Source of the DNA: a bacterium HR30
Lineage (GTDB): Bacteria > Desulfobacterota > Binatia > HRBIN30
Reading direction: 5' to 3'
Length of the DNA stretch: 62,729 nt
NCBI GenBank assembly: GCA_002898795.1
Contig: BEIG01000004.1
Coordinates: forward strand, 1-62,729
Below the pieces are notes generated by a model. The model saw only the letters and a list, made by a program, of their open reading frames with translations, did not search any database and was not told the origin of the DNA. Below, piece after piece: positions 51,751 through 61,293 of the stretch. The translations under genes were made by a program, and so were the position numbers. Numbering within the stretch: the first letter of the stretch is position 1; each line of letters starts with the position of its first letter.

Positions 51751-52629
51751 CTAGTCTCGGAGTTCGATGTAATTCCGATTCTCACCCAAGCGAAAACCGA
51801 GAACCCGATTTTCCAGGAACGTGAGCAGGCGGATCCGCAACGTGTCGTGGCGCATCTTGGCCTTGCCCGGCCGCACTTCCCAATCTTTGGCAGCAATCCG
51901 CTCGCGCATCACGGCAGGGTGCGTTCCGGTAAAGCGCACGCGGCCGTGCAAACGGCCGTAATCGAACGGCTGCTCCAAGTTCGGAAAACTCTTGTCTGCC
52001 TCTTCCCGGCCACGGTGCAAGGTGAGAAAAGAGTGCGTTTTGCGAGTCATGCGTTGCGGGGGACGTACCCAGCCATAGTGAAAAATGCGACCACCCGAGT
52101 GTTTGACCTTGAGCTTCTCTCCGTTGCGGCGAAAGCCTTGGGCACTTTTCCACGATCGCACTCCAATCCCGGTGCGCACGATGCGAACCTCCCGGCGATA
52201 CCAGCCGTGGGCCGCCATGTAATGATCGTAGTCGCCAAAAAAGTGTAAGTAGTCGAACAACAGTCCTTCGACCCGGCGGTCGTCGAGGTAGCGCTTCATG
52301 GCGTCCACGATGATGGGTAAATCCTCCTCGTGAACCACTTCGTCCGCCTGCAGATAAAAGGCCCAGTCGCCGGTGCAGGCATCGAGCGCAATATTGGTCT
52401 GCTGGGCATTCGTACGCCCTTGCACGAACAACTGCGGGTCCCAAACCGTCTCGATGATTTTGATTCGGGGGTCCCCGATGCTACGGAGGAGTTCCGTAGT
52501 CCCGTCGGTGGAGTCCCCAGCGGCAACGATGAACTCGTCGCAAATGGGCAGGATGGAACGGATGGATTCGACGACCGGGTAGTAGAGATCCACTGCGTTG
52601 CGTACAAAGGTAAAGCCGCTGACGCGCAT
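51751..52629 (-). CDS. Glycosyltransferase family 2
   Basis: SGFTFVRN, GDSTDGT, YLQADE, HYGWVR. Confidence 0.85.
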   Translation of the reverse strand: MRVSGFTFVRNAVDLYYPVVESIRSILPICDEFIVAAGDSTDGTTELLRSIGDPRIKIIETVWDPQLFVQGRTNAQQTNIALDACTGDWAFYLQADEVVHEEDLPIIVDAMKRYLDDRRVEGLLFDYLHFFGDYDHYMAAHGWYRREVRIVRTGIGVRSWKSAQGFRRNGEKLKVKHSGGRIFHYGWVRPPQRMTRKTHSFLTLHRGREEADKSFPNLEQPFDYGRLHGRVRFTGTHPAVMRERIAAKDWEVRPGKAKMRHDTLRIRLLTFLENRVLGFRLGENRNYIELRD

Positions 52630-52657
52630 GAGCTTGAACGATCGGCACTTTAAACGG

Positions 52658-53704
52658 ATGAGTCAATGCCTTCCAGACGACGCGAAAGTTCTCCTCGTTC
52701 GCACCGATCACCTCGGTGACATGTTGCTCACATTACCGATGGCACACGTAATCCGGCGGGTGCATCCCAGTTGGCGCGTGGCCGTGTTGGCCTCTCCAGC
52801 CAATCGCGAAGCTGCCGAGCATCACCCAGATGTCGACGAGGTGCTGACAGACATCGAGGCCAAGCACTCCGGTTTTCGCGCACTGCCACCACTGGTCCGC
52901 ACCCTTGCGGGGCGCTTCGACGCTGCCGTGCTGGTTCATCCCACGCCGCGATTGGCACTGGCCTTGCGCCTGGCACGAATTCCCGTTCGGGTGGGCAGCG
53001 CGTACCGAGCCTATTCCTTTTTGCTGAACCGTAGGCTCCGCCAGCACCGTCGTGGTCGTGACGTGCACGAGGCCATCCTCAACCTCGAACTCCTCGCGGG
53101 ATTGGGCATCTCTCCACCGAGCGAAGTGCCGCCCCTGGACTGGGAGTTTCGCCAGGCCGAAGAGCACAGGGTAGAAGACTTGCTTCGGGCCTTTGGCCTT
53201 CTCGAGCGGCCATGGGCCGTGCTGCATCCGGGGAGTTCCGGCTCCGCGCTGAACTGGGATGCAGCAAACTATGCGGCGCTAGGGCGAAAGCTGGTGCAGT
53301 CCGGCCGGTGGGTAGTCGTTACGGGAACGGCTCGTGAAGGCGAGCTCGTTGCTGAGGTTTGTTCCCGAATCGGTGGCGGAACCGTGAACCTCTGTGGTCG
53401 CCTAAGTCTCGGGGAGCTTGCCGCGCTGGTGCGTCGAGCGCCGTTGTTCGTTGGCGGTTCCACCGGACCAACCCACCTGGCCGCCCTTCTCGGCACCCCC
53501 ACCGTGGCGCTTTACGCCCCGCTGCGTTCCCAGCGCCCGGAGCGTTGGCGTCCAATTGGCCCCCGCGTCGTCACCCTCGTGCCGCCGGTAGGCCAAGTCT
53601 GCCCTCACTGCATCCGCGAGCGCTGCGCCTACTATCCCTGCATGAGCCGCGCACTAACTGCAGACCTGGTATGGCAAGCCGTGGAGGAGATCATCGCTGC
53701 CTAA
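52658..53704 (+). CDS. Glycosyltransferase family 9 (LPS heptosyltransferase-like)
   Basis: RTDHLGDMLLTLP, LHPGS, STGPTHLAA.LGTP. Confidence 0.9.
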   Translation: MSQCLPDDAKVLLVRTDHLGDMLLTLPMAHVIRRVHPSWRVAVLASPANREAAEHHPDVDEVLTDIEAKHSGFRALPPLVRTLAGRFDAAVLVHPTPRLALALRLARIPVRVGSAYRAYSFLLNRRLRQHRRGRDVHEAILNLELLAGLGISPPSEVPPLDWEFRQAEEHRVEDLLRAFGLLERPWAVLHPGSSGSALNWDAANYAALGRKLVQSGRWVVVTGTAREGELVAEVCSRIGGGTVNLCGRLSLGELAALVRRAPLFVGGSTGPTHLAALLGTPTVALYAPLRSQRPERWRPIGPRVVTLVPPVGQVCPHCIRERCAYYPCMSRALTADLVWQAVEEIIAA

Positions 53705-54083
53705 CCTCTGGCGCGCGAAAGCCATGCTTTCGCGGGCATCCCGCAAGGGATGCCGTAACGCCACACCACCCTGGAAGCGCAGCCGTCCTCGTCCGCAAAA
53801 CTCCCCGATGCCTGTGTGGCACCCGTCCAGGCCGCGTTTATCTGCGGGCGTCCCGCCCGCCAGTGCACCCTTTTCGTTCTCAGAACGTGCCGTGCACAGT
53901 CGAGCCATGGTGGCACAAATCCTCTCGTTACATCAGTTCGTCGGATTCCGATCCAGGCTGTTGGTATGGGTTCCCTGAAGGCCAAGCGAGTGTCGCCCGC
54001 TTTCGAAGCGGTCGCCTTTTGAGTGCCAACAATGGTGTGGCCCGAAACGGGCCCGGGCGTCTTCCGCTGCTCCACAAGCTTCG

Positions 54084-56669
54084 TTGTGGTTGACCCGCGT
54101 TGTGAAGCGTGATAGCCGGCGAACGTTGGTGGCTTTCACGGGGCAAGCTTGGGGAAAACGCAATGCATTGGGGGCGGTTCACCCTCTGGTCGATCACTGC
54201 GTTGATGTGGCATTTGTTTTTCGCGCACTTTTGGACAACGAGAACCTTGCGCGTCGGAACGCCGCGCTTGACCCAAGGCAAAAAGACCGCCTGGCGGTGA
54301 TTGCATTCCTTCATGAACTGGGCAAATGCAACGCCGGATTCCAGGCCAAGGCGGACCCCAAGTCTGGTCAGACCGCTGGGCACGTCATGGAGGCGATGGC
54401 GCTGCTACTAGATCTTCATGATGTGTGGCCGGCCGAATGGCGGGCCTTGATAGAAGAGATTTGCACCTGGTTTTCTAGTGAGGAACAGGCCGCGCAGATG
54501 CTGCTCGCCGCCATCTCGCACCATGGTCGGCCAGTTTCGCAAAGCGATTACCATGCCTCCAAAATCGATCGCGTCGCCAGGTCTCTGTGGCGGCCGCGCA
54601 ACGGCTACGACCCCATGGCCGCGCTGGCTGCTGTGGCCGAGGGAGCGCGCGCTGCTTTTCCTGCAGCCTTTGCGTCTGATGTGCCGCCAATTCAAGCCAC
54701 GCCTGCTTTGCAGCAGCGCTTTGCCGGCTTGGTGATGCTGGCCGACTGGATTGGCTCGGATACGCAGTTTTTCCCGTATCGCGCTTCGGTGGAAGAAGAT
54801 CGGCTGGCGTTGGCGCGGCAGGCGGCAGAGCGGGCGTTGGGGGCGATCGGCTTGCGCCCACCCGCGCTACGCAGCGCCCGGTCTTTCTACGAAACCTTCG
54901 GCTTTCCACCCAGGCCCCTGCAGGCGCAGCTTGCCCAGATGGACGTCAATGAGGCGAGCCGCCTGGTACTCGTTGAATCTGACACCGGCTCCGGCAAGAC
55001 CGAAGCGGCGCTAGCCTGGTTTTTGCGCCTCTACGCGGAAGGCAAAGTCGATGGGCTGTACTTTGCCTTGCCTACGCGGGTGGCGGCGCGTGAGCTCTAT
55101 GCGCGCGTTGAACGCGCCATCGATGCGGCTTTCGAGCCGGAAAGCCGGCCAGGACCAGTGCTGCTGGCGGTACCAGGCTATGTGCGCGTCGATGGCGTAC
55201 CTGCGTTGCCCGACCCGGCAGGAACCCTCTGGGACGAATCTCAAGACGCCTGGCGCGAACGGGTATGGTCTGCCGAGCGTCCGAAGCGCTTCCTGGCCGC
55301 GCCGATCGCCGTGGGCACCATCGACCAGGCGCTGCTGTCGGCGCTCAAGGTCAAGCATAGCCTGCTGCGCTCTGTTTGCCTGGACCGGCATTTACTCGTC
55401 GTCGACGAGGTCCACGCATCCGACCCATACATGCGCGAAGTATTGCAATCGCTGCTTGAGGGCCATGTTGCGCGTGGCGGCTGGGCCCTTCTCCTTTCGG
55501 CGACGCTTGGCGAAGCGTCGGCTGCCCGCTTCTTTGGCCGTGACGAGCTGCCATTACAGCAGGCGATCCAACGCCCGTACCCGCTTGTTCGTACGCGAGA
55601 GGGCTATTTCACGCCGTCCGCACCAGAACAGCGCCGCATCGAAGTAGAGGTTTCGCCAACTCTTTCCGACGACGAATCGTTGTTGGCGCGCCTTACCGTG
55701 GCACTCGAAGCGGGTGCGCGCGTCTTGGTCATTACGAACACGGTCCGCCGTGCCAATGAGTTGTTCCGCAAGGTTGAAGCGGCATTTGAGCGTGAGCATC
55801 CCGATCTTTTGGGCGCGCTATTTGCCCTTGGTGGCGTGCGCTGCCCACACCACGGGCGCTTCGCCCGCGAGGATCGCGAGCTTCTTGATGCACAGGTGAC
55901 AAAACTGATGGGCAAGGGTTCGACCACAGCCCCCTTGCTCCTGATCGGCACGCAAACCCTGGAGCAAAGCCTGGACATCGACGCCGACTGGCTAATCACC
56001 GATCTTGCGCCGATGGATGTATTGATCCAGCGCTTTGGGCGCCTGCATCGCCATGCCCGCGGGCTACGCCCTCAAGGCTTGAATACCGCACGCGTGCTGG
56101 TGCGCGTTCCCGAGAAAGACCTGGCCGAGTATCTCAACCCACATGGTCAGATGCGAGCTCCCGCCGGCTTGGGCACCGTCTACCCTGATGGCCGAGTGCT
56201 GGCGTGCACGTTGTTGGAGCTCAAGCAGCGCTCTGAAGTGATCCTGCCCCAACAGGCTCGCGCGCTGATCGAGCGCACCACACACCCCGAGGCGCTCGAT
56301 ACCCTACCCGAGGTTTGGCAACGGCACGGCCACAACGTCATCGGCAAGACGCTTGGTGAAATCCGCCTGGCCTTATCGTCGACGCTTGCTGAAGCGCCTT
56401 TCGGCGAGCTGCACTATGCCGACAAAGGCGAGAAGGTCGTCACTCGCCTAGGCGATCCTACCTTTGAAATTCCGCTCGCCAAACCGCAACGCTCCTCATT
56501 TGGAGCGGCGATTGACCGCGTTCTCATCCCTATGCGGTGGCTCAACGACGCTGCATGTCCCGAGCGGATCGACGCAGAGCCCGGGCCAGATGGCTTTCAC
56601 TTTGCGGTGGGTCAACAAGGTTTTCGCTACACCCGTTTTGGACTCGAAAAGGGGAACGCAGATGTATGA
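54084..56669 (+). CDS. cas3: CRISPR-associated helicase/nuclease Cas3 (type I-E)
   Basis: WGK..HPL.DH, HELGK (HD position), SHHG, LADWIGS, TGSGKT, DEVH, SAT, QSLDID, QRFGRLHRH; start uncertain (TTG 54084, GTG 54102 or 54129). Confidence 0.92.
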   Translation: MWLTRVVKRDSRRTLVAFTGQAWGKRNALGAVHPLVDHCVDVAFVFRALLDNENLARRNAALDPRQKDRLAVIAFLHELGKCNAGFQAKADPKSGQTAGHVMEAMALLLDLHDVWPAEWRALIEEICTWFSSEEQAAQMLLAAISHHGRPVSQSDYHASKIDRVARSLWRPRNGYDPMAALAAVAEGARAAFPAAFASDVPPIQATPALQQRFAGLVMLADWIGSDTQFFPYRASVEEDRLALARQAAERALGAIGLRPPALRSARSFYETFGFPPRPLQAQLAQMDVNEASRLVLVESDTGSGKTEAALAWFLRLYAEGKVDGLYFALPTRVAARELYARVERAIDAAFEPESRPGPVLLAVPGYVRVDGVPALPDPAGTLWDESQDAWRERVWSAERPKRFLAAPIAVGTIDQALLSALKVKHSLLRSVCLDRHLLVVDEVHASDPYMREVLQSLLEGHVARGGWALLLSATLGEASAARFFGRDELPLQQAIQRPYPLVRTREGYFTPSAPEQRRIEVEVSPTLSDDESLLARLTVALEAGARVLVITNTVRRANELFRKVEAAFEREHPDLLGALFALGGVRCPHHGRFAREDRELLDAQVTKLMGKGSTTAPLLLIGTQTLEQSLDIDADWLITDLAPMDVLIQRFGRLHRHARGLRPQGLNTARVLVRVPEKDLAEYLNPHGQMRAPAGLGTVYPDGRVLACTLLELKQRSEVILPQQARALIERTTHPEALDTLPEVWQRHGHNVIGKTLGEIRLALSSTLAEAPFGELHYADKGEKVVTRLGDPTFEIPLAKPQRSSFGAAIDRVLIPMRWLNDAACPERIDAEPGPDGFHFAVGQQGFRYTRFGLEKGNADV

Positions 56670-58227
56670 TCTCTTGAACGAGCGGCTGATCGGTGTGCGC
56701 ACGGTAGACGGCGAGACGCGTGTGAATCTGCCTGAGCTTCTGGCCGCTTTGAGCGCCGGCAAGATTGACGGTTACACGGGCCTACGCGCGCACCAGGCCG
56801 ATCCTTGGCACGTGTTTCTCGTGCAGTTGGCCGCCAGCATCCAGGCACGCGATCCCACCGAAACCCTGCCCACCGATCCGCAATACTGGCGCGACGGTCT
56901 GCTCGACCTGGCCGAGGGTATGGAAAGCGCTTGGCATCTAGTGGTGGAAGATGTGGCAAAACCGGCGTGTTTGCAGCATCCGTGGGCACCTGGGGACGAA
57001 AAAGACTACAAGCTCAAAGCGACGAGGCCGGACGAGCTCGATGTGTTGGTCACCGCCAAAAACCACGACGTCAAGATGGCGCGCATGGCCCCGAACCTAG
57101 CCGAGAGCTGGCTGTACGCGCTGTTGGTCTTGCAGACGACGAGCGGCTATCTTGGAAAAGGCCACTACGGCATCGTGCGCATGAACGGCGGTCACGCCAG
57201 CCGGCCGATCGTGTCCTGGGTCAGCAGCCTTCATCCCGCGCGGCGCTTCATTGAAGAAGTGGCGATGCTGGTTGCACTGCGAGATGAGACTTGCCGGAAG
57301 TTCCAATATCTCTCCAAAGGCGTGGTGCTCACTTGGCTTGCGCGCTGGGATCGCAGCGATCATCATCATGTGTGGCCGCAGCTCGAACCGTGGTTCATCG
57401 AGGCAGCCCGCCCGATCCGTTTGCGCCGGACAGCCGATGGGGTAATCGAAGCGCTAGGAGCAATCTCCAAGGATCGGCAGATTGGCCCGAAAACCTTAGA
57501 AAACGGCGATGTAGGCGATCCCTGGATTCCGCTCAACGTCAAAGACAAGAAAAAGAGCCGTTCGGCCATGACGCTGACCAATGAAGGATTTTCACCCCAG
57601 CGAGTGACCGCGTTGTTGTTCGAAGACGGCTTCGAGCTTACCCCGTTGCAAAAACCCAGAGCTAGCCAAGGCGATGGCTGGTTCGTTGGCAGTTGTCTGG
57701 CCCGTGGCCAGGGGACGACCGAAGGCTTTCATCATTTAGAACTTCCCATCCCTGCCAAAGCGTCCCTGGCGCTGCTGAACAAGCAGCAGCGCGACACCTT
57801 GGGCCAGCTGGCGCAAAACCTGCTCAAAGACGCCAAGGATATCCAAAAAGCCTTGTTCGTCGCCCTGGTGGTGCTCACCGAGGGCGGTCCAAAGCAGGCC
57901 GATTTCGATCGCGAGGCGATCAATAAGTGGCTCGATCAGGCGCGCATCGACTTCACCCGTCGCTGGGAGGCGCTCTACTTTCCGACCCTGTGGCGCGGCA
58001 CAGATGAAGACCATGAGGCTGTGCGCCGTGATTGGCAACAACAATTGGTGAACATGGCGCAAAGCATTCTTGATGGCGCCGCCGAGCGCTTGCCGTTGCC
58101 TGCTAACCGTACCTGGCGAGCCCTGGCACAAGCCTTGGACGCCTGGCGCGGGAGCCTATACAACAGCGGCTTGCCACAACCATCCGTTTCTGCCCATGAA
58201 TCCACCATTGAGGAGAGCACCGCATGA
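56662..58227 (+). CDS. casA: Type I-E Cascade large subunit Cse1/Cas8e
   Basis: Follows cas3; LRAHQ..WHVFLVQL, DELDVL.TAKNHD.K, RMNGG. Confidence 0.85.
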   Translation: MYDLLNERLIGVRTVDGETRVNLPELLAALSAGKIDGYTGLRAHQADPWHVFLVQLAASIQARDPTETLPTDPQYWRDGLLDLAEGMESAWHLVVEDVAKPACLQHPWAPGDEKDYKLKATRPDELDVLVTAKNHDVKMARMAPNLAESWLYALLVLQTTSGYLGKGHYGIVRMNGGHASRPIVSWVSSLHPARRFIEEVAMLVALRDETCRKFQYLSKGVVLTWLARWDRSDHHHVWPQLEPWFIEAARPIRLRRTADGVIEALGAISKDRQIGPKTLENGDVGDPWIPLNVKDKKKSRSAMTLTNEGFSPQRVTALLFEDGFELTPLQKPRASQGDGWFVGSCLARGQGTTEGFHHLELPIPAKASLALLNKQQRDTLGQLAQNLLKDAKDIQKALFVALVVLTEGGPKQADFDREAINKWLDQARIDFTRRWEALYFPTLWRGTDEDHEAVRRDWQQQLVNMAQSILDGAAERLPLPANRTWRALAQALDAWRGSLYNSGLPQPSVSAHESTIEESTA

Positions 58228-58751
58228 ATGCCACTACCGAGCACCCAACGGCTCCTGCCGAACCTGCGAAGCTGGCGCATACCATCGCTGCTTTGGCCGG
58301 CGTGGTCGGCCATGAGCGCTATCCTGCCGCCGATCGCGCGGCTCTCAAGCGCTGGGCGCCGGGGCAGCCCGTGCCCTTAGCCTTTTACCGGTTGTGGCTG
58401 CGCCACCTCGGCGAAGAACCGCCCCACGAGGCCCAGACCGAAGCGTGGATGACACTTGCCTGGGGGCTGGCAATGATGGGAAAGGATGCCCACCAACCGA
58501 GACGCCCGCTGGGGCAGGCGCTGGCCGCCGCCGATTTTGCGGAAGGCCGCCTCGAGCGGCTGCTCGCCGCGCCGGAAGAGCTGCGGATCGAGCTGTTTAT
58601 GAGCGCGGTGCGTTATCTTACTGCCAAGGGCGAAGGTTTCGACTGGACCGAAGCCGCTGCTTTTTTACTCACCTTAGATGCCGACAAGCGCGAGGCGATC
58701 CACCGGCGCATTGCGCAGGGTTACTACAGCAACCTTAAACGAGGGGAGTGA
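58224..58751 (+). CDS. casB: Type I-E Cascade small subunit Cse2/Cas11
   Basis: DRAALKR, LGQALA, EGRLERLL, IA..YY; operon position. Confidence 0.82.
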   Translation: MNATTEHPTAPAEPAKLAHTIAALAGVVGHERYPAADRAALKRWAPGQPVPLAFYRLWLRHLGEEPPHEAQTEAWMTLAWGLAMMGKDAHQPRRPLGQALAAADFAEGRLERLLAAPEELRIELFMSAVRYLTAKGEGFDWTEAAAFLLTLDADKREAIHRRIAQGYYSNLKRGE

Positions 58752-58755
58752 TGTT

Positions 58756-59880
58756 ATGTTCATGCAAGTTCATACTCTTACAAGTTACCCAGCGAGCCTG
58801 CTCAACCGTGACGACGCGGGACTGGCCAAACGCATCCCTTTTGGCAACGCAATTCGGTTACGGGTCTCATCGCAGTGTCTGAAGCGGCACTGGCGGGAAG
58901 ACCTGACCGAGCGCTTGCGCGATCTCCCGGACGGGGTACGCAGCCGGTCATTTTTCACCCGGAGCGTACTGCCACGGGTCGTAGCCGCAGGTGTGGCGGA
59001 ACAGGTGGCAAAAAAACTAGTCGAAGATCTGGCCAAAAGCGTGATTCAGGGCGGGGTCAAAGACGAGGGCGACCTTGCCCAACCGGTGCTCTTTGGTCTT
59101 CGCGAGGCTGATTACTTTGCCGAAATGGTCGTTCAAGCCAGTCGCAAGGCTGACCCGGTAAAGGCGCTCGCTGAACGACTGAAAACCAAGCAAGAAAAAC
59201 ATAACCTAAAGGCACTTTCCAAATCGGCTGCAGGGCTCACCGCAGCCCTTTTCGGCCGAATGGTCACCTCCGATTTACTTGCGCGCGTGGACGCACCCGT
59301 ACATGTGGCGCACGCCTTTACCGTGCATGCAGCCAGCACCGAGATGGACTATTTCACCGTCGTTGATGACCTCAATCGCGACGAGGAAACGGGCGCGGCG
59401 CACGCGAACCAAACCGAACTCGGGGCGGGCGTGTATTACGGCTACGTAGTGGTAGACGTCCCGCTCCTAGTGTCCAATCTAACCGGAGTCGAGCCGAAAA
59501 ACTGGAAAACCCAGGACGCGACCCTCGCGCGGCGCGTGCTTCAAGCTCTGATCGAGAGCATTGTGCGGCAGAGCCCAGGAGCGAAGAAAGGTAGCACCGC
59601 GCCATATGCTTGGGCCGATGTGTTGCTCCTTGAGGTCGATCGGACCCAGCCGCGAACGCTCGCGAACGCCTTCCTCGAAGCCGTCCCGGCAAGAGCCGGT
59701 GACTTGCGGGTAGAAGCCGCGCGACGCATGATCGCCTATCTCCACCGACTGGATCAAATGCACGGCGCAAACGGAAGGCGCTGGCTTTCGACCACTTTAC
59801 CACTGGAAGTGAGCCAGGAAATGGAAATCGGCCCTGTTCCGGCGGTCATCGCCAACGCCCTCGACTCCATTTGGACCTGA
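58756..59880 (+). CDS. cas7: Type I-E Cas7
   Basis: LLNRDDAGLAKR, RVSSQCLKR, ALFGRM, DYFTVVDDL. Confidence 0.95.
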   Translation: MFMQVHTLTSYPASLLNRDDAGLAKRIPFGNAIRLRVSSQCLKRHWREDLTERLRDLPDGVRSRSFFTRSVLPRVVAAGVAEQVAKKLVEDLAKSVIQGGVKDEGDLAQPVLFGLREADYFAEMVVQASRKADPVKALAERLKTKQEKHNLKALSKSAAGLTAALFGRMVTSDLLARVDAPVHVAHAFTVHAASTEMDYFTVVDDLNRDEETGAAHANQTELGAGVYYGYVVVDVPLLVSNLTGVEPKNWKTQDATLARRVLQALIESIVRQSPGAKKGSTAPYAWADVLLLEVDRTQPRTLANAFLEAVPARAGDLRVEAARRMIAYLHRLDQMHGANGRRWLSTTLPLEVSQEMEIGPVPAVIANALDSIWT

Positions 59881-59884
59881 CGCG

Positions 59885-60598
59885 ATGGACTGTCTCCTTT
59901 TGCGCTTCGACGCGCCCCTAATGAGTTTCGGCGCCGTGGTCGTCGATGAAAACAACCCAACTTGGCACTTCCCTAGCCGGTCGATGCTCACAGGTTTGCT
60001 TGGCAACGCATTAGGTTGGGACCACCGCGATTCAGACCGTCTGCAGGCGCTCCAGTCGCGTCTCCGCTTTGCAGCCCGGTGGGACGCCGAACCACAGTTG
60101 CTCACCGACTATCAGACCGTCGACCTTGGTCTGGATTTCATGAGAGATACGGGCTGGACCACCCGCGGCCGGCGTGAAGACCGTAAGGGCGGCGACGCGG
60201 CCACGCTCACACACCAGCGCTGGCGCGAGTATTGGGCAAACGGAGTGGCTACTGTTGCCCTTGCCGTGACAGGATCGGACGAACCTTCACTAGCTCGGCT
60301 TGAAGAGGCGCTGCGGTTCCCTGCCCGTCCGCTATTCATCGGTCGCAAACCTTGCCTGCCTTCGGCGCCGATCCTCATTGGTCGGCGCCAAGCGGCAGGA
60401 TTGAAAGCAGCTCTCGGGGCCGAGCCACTGGCAGAGATTGGCCCACGTCGCCGCCCGCAACGGATTCCAGCCCTTTGGCCGATCGAAGAGGGGGCAGGAG
60501 CCCAATCGGAGGAGCGGTTCGACCGCCGCGATTGGGGCAACAACATCCACATTGGTTCTGAACGCTACGCAGTTGGCATTCTGGAGGTAACGTCGTGA
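59885..60598 (+). CDS. cas5: Type I-E Cas5
   Basis: L.FDAPLMSFG, FP.RS..GLLGNALG, DYQTV, GRKPC.P. Confidence 0.93.
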   Translation: MDCLLLRFDAPLMSFGAVVVDENNPTWHFPSRSMLTGLLGNALGWDHRDSDRLQALQSRLRFAARWDAEPQLLTDYQTVDLGLDFMRDTGWTTRGRREDRKGGDAATLTHQRWREYWANGVATVALAVTGSDEPSLARLEEALRFPARPLFIGRKPCLPSAPILIGRRQAAGLKAALGAEPLAEIGPRRRPQRIPALWPIEEGAGAQSEERFDRRDWGNNIHIGSERYAVGILEVTS

Positions 60599-61293
60599 GT
60601 AGCCTTTATCTCGTGCGCATCCCGTTCGATCCCGTGCGCCTGTTGGGATTCGCCTTTGCGAACGGCATTACCCACGAAGATGAAACCTTTGGCTACACGC
60701 TGCATGCCTGGCTTGTTGCCCTATTCGGCGACAAGGCCCCCAAACCCTTTCGCTATTTCGAGCACCGCAGAGAGTTATTAGCTTATGCAGCTCATTCTGC
60801 CGCCGACCTACTCGAGCATGCACAGGCTTTTGCTTCGCCTCCTGCCTGGAGTGCGCTTGAGGCTGAAGGCGTGATGAGCAAACCCATGCCAACGAGCTGG
60901 CGAGCTGGTCAGCGCCTACACCTGGAAGTGCTCACTTGCCCGGTCTCGCGCAAGGAGGGCGAGGAAAAAGATGTCTATCTGCGGACGCTCGATCGTCTGG
61001 GCGATAAGGCGCCGGCGCGGGCAGAAGTCTATCGTGCTTGGTTTACCAGGCAGTGGAGGGGCTGTGTGCGCTTCGAGCACGTGGAGCTGCTCGGCATGCG
61101 CGCCAGAAGCCGCCTGTTACGCCGCGCTCGCAATGGTGCGAACCGGCTGCGCATGGTGGAACGGCCCCAGGCACTGTTTGCTGCCGATGTCGAGATCGCT
61201 GACGCTCACCACTTCGGTGCGGCACTCCGTCGTGGCATTGGAAGGCATCGTACCTTTGGGTTCGGCATGGTACTCGTGGGCCCACCCCGATGA
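60595..61293 (+). CDS. cas6e: Type I-E Cas6e/Cse3
   Basis: GY.LH and Gly-rich loop GIGRHRTFGFGM. Confidence 0.9.
   Translation: MSSLYLVRIPFDPVRLLGFAFANGITHEDETFGYTLHAWLVALFGDKAPKPFRYFEHRRELLAYAAHSAADLLEHAQAFASPPAWSALEAEGVMSKPMPTSWRAGQRLHLEVLTCPVSRKEGEEKDVYLRTLDRLGDKAPARAEVYRAWFTRQWRGCVRFEHVELLGMRARSRLLRRARNGANRLRMVERPQALFAADVEIADAHHFGAALRRGIGRHRTFGFGMVLVGPPR

Noticed and set aside
53701-54075. 124-aa minus-strand ORF upstream of cas3 as an ancillary or anti-CRISPR gene
   Set aside because: No recognisable motif or SD, and it overlaps hairpins; it cannot be supported without a search.
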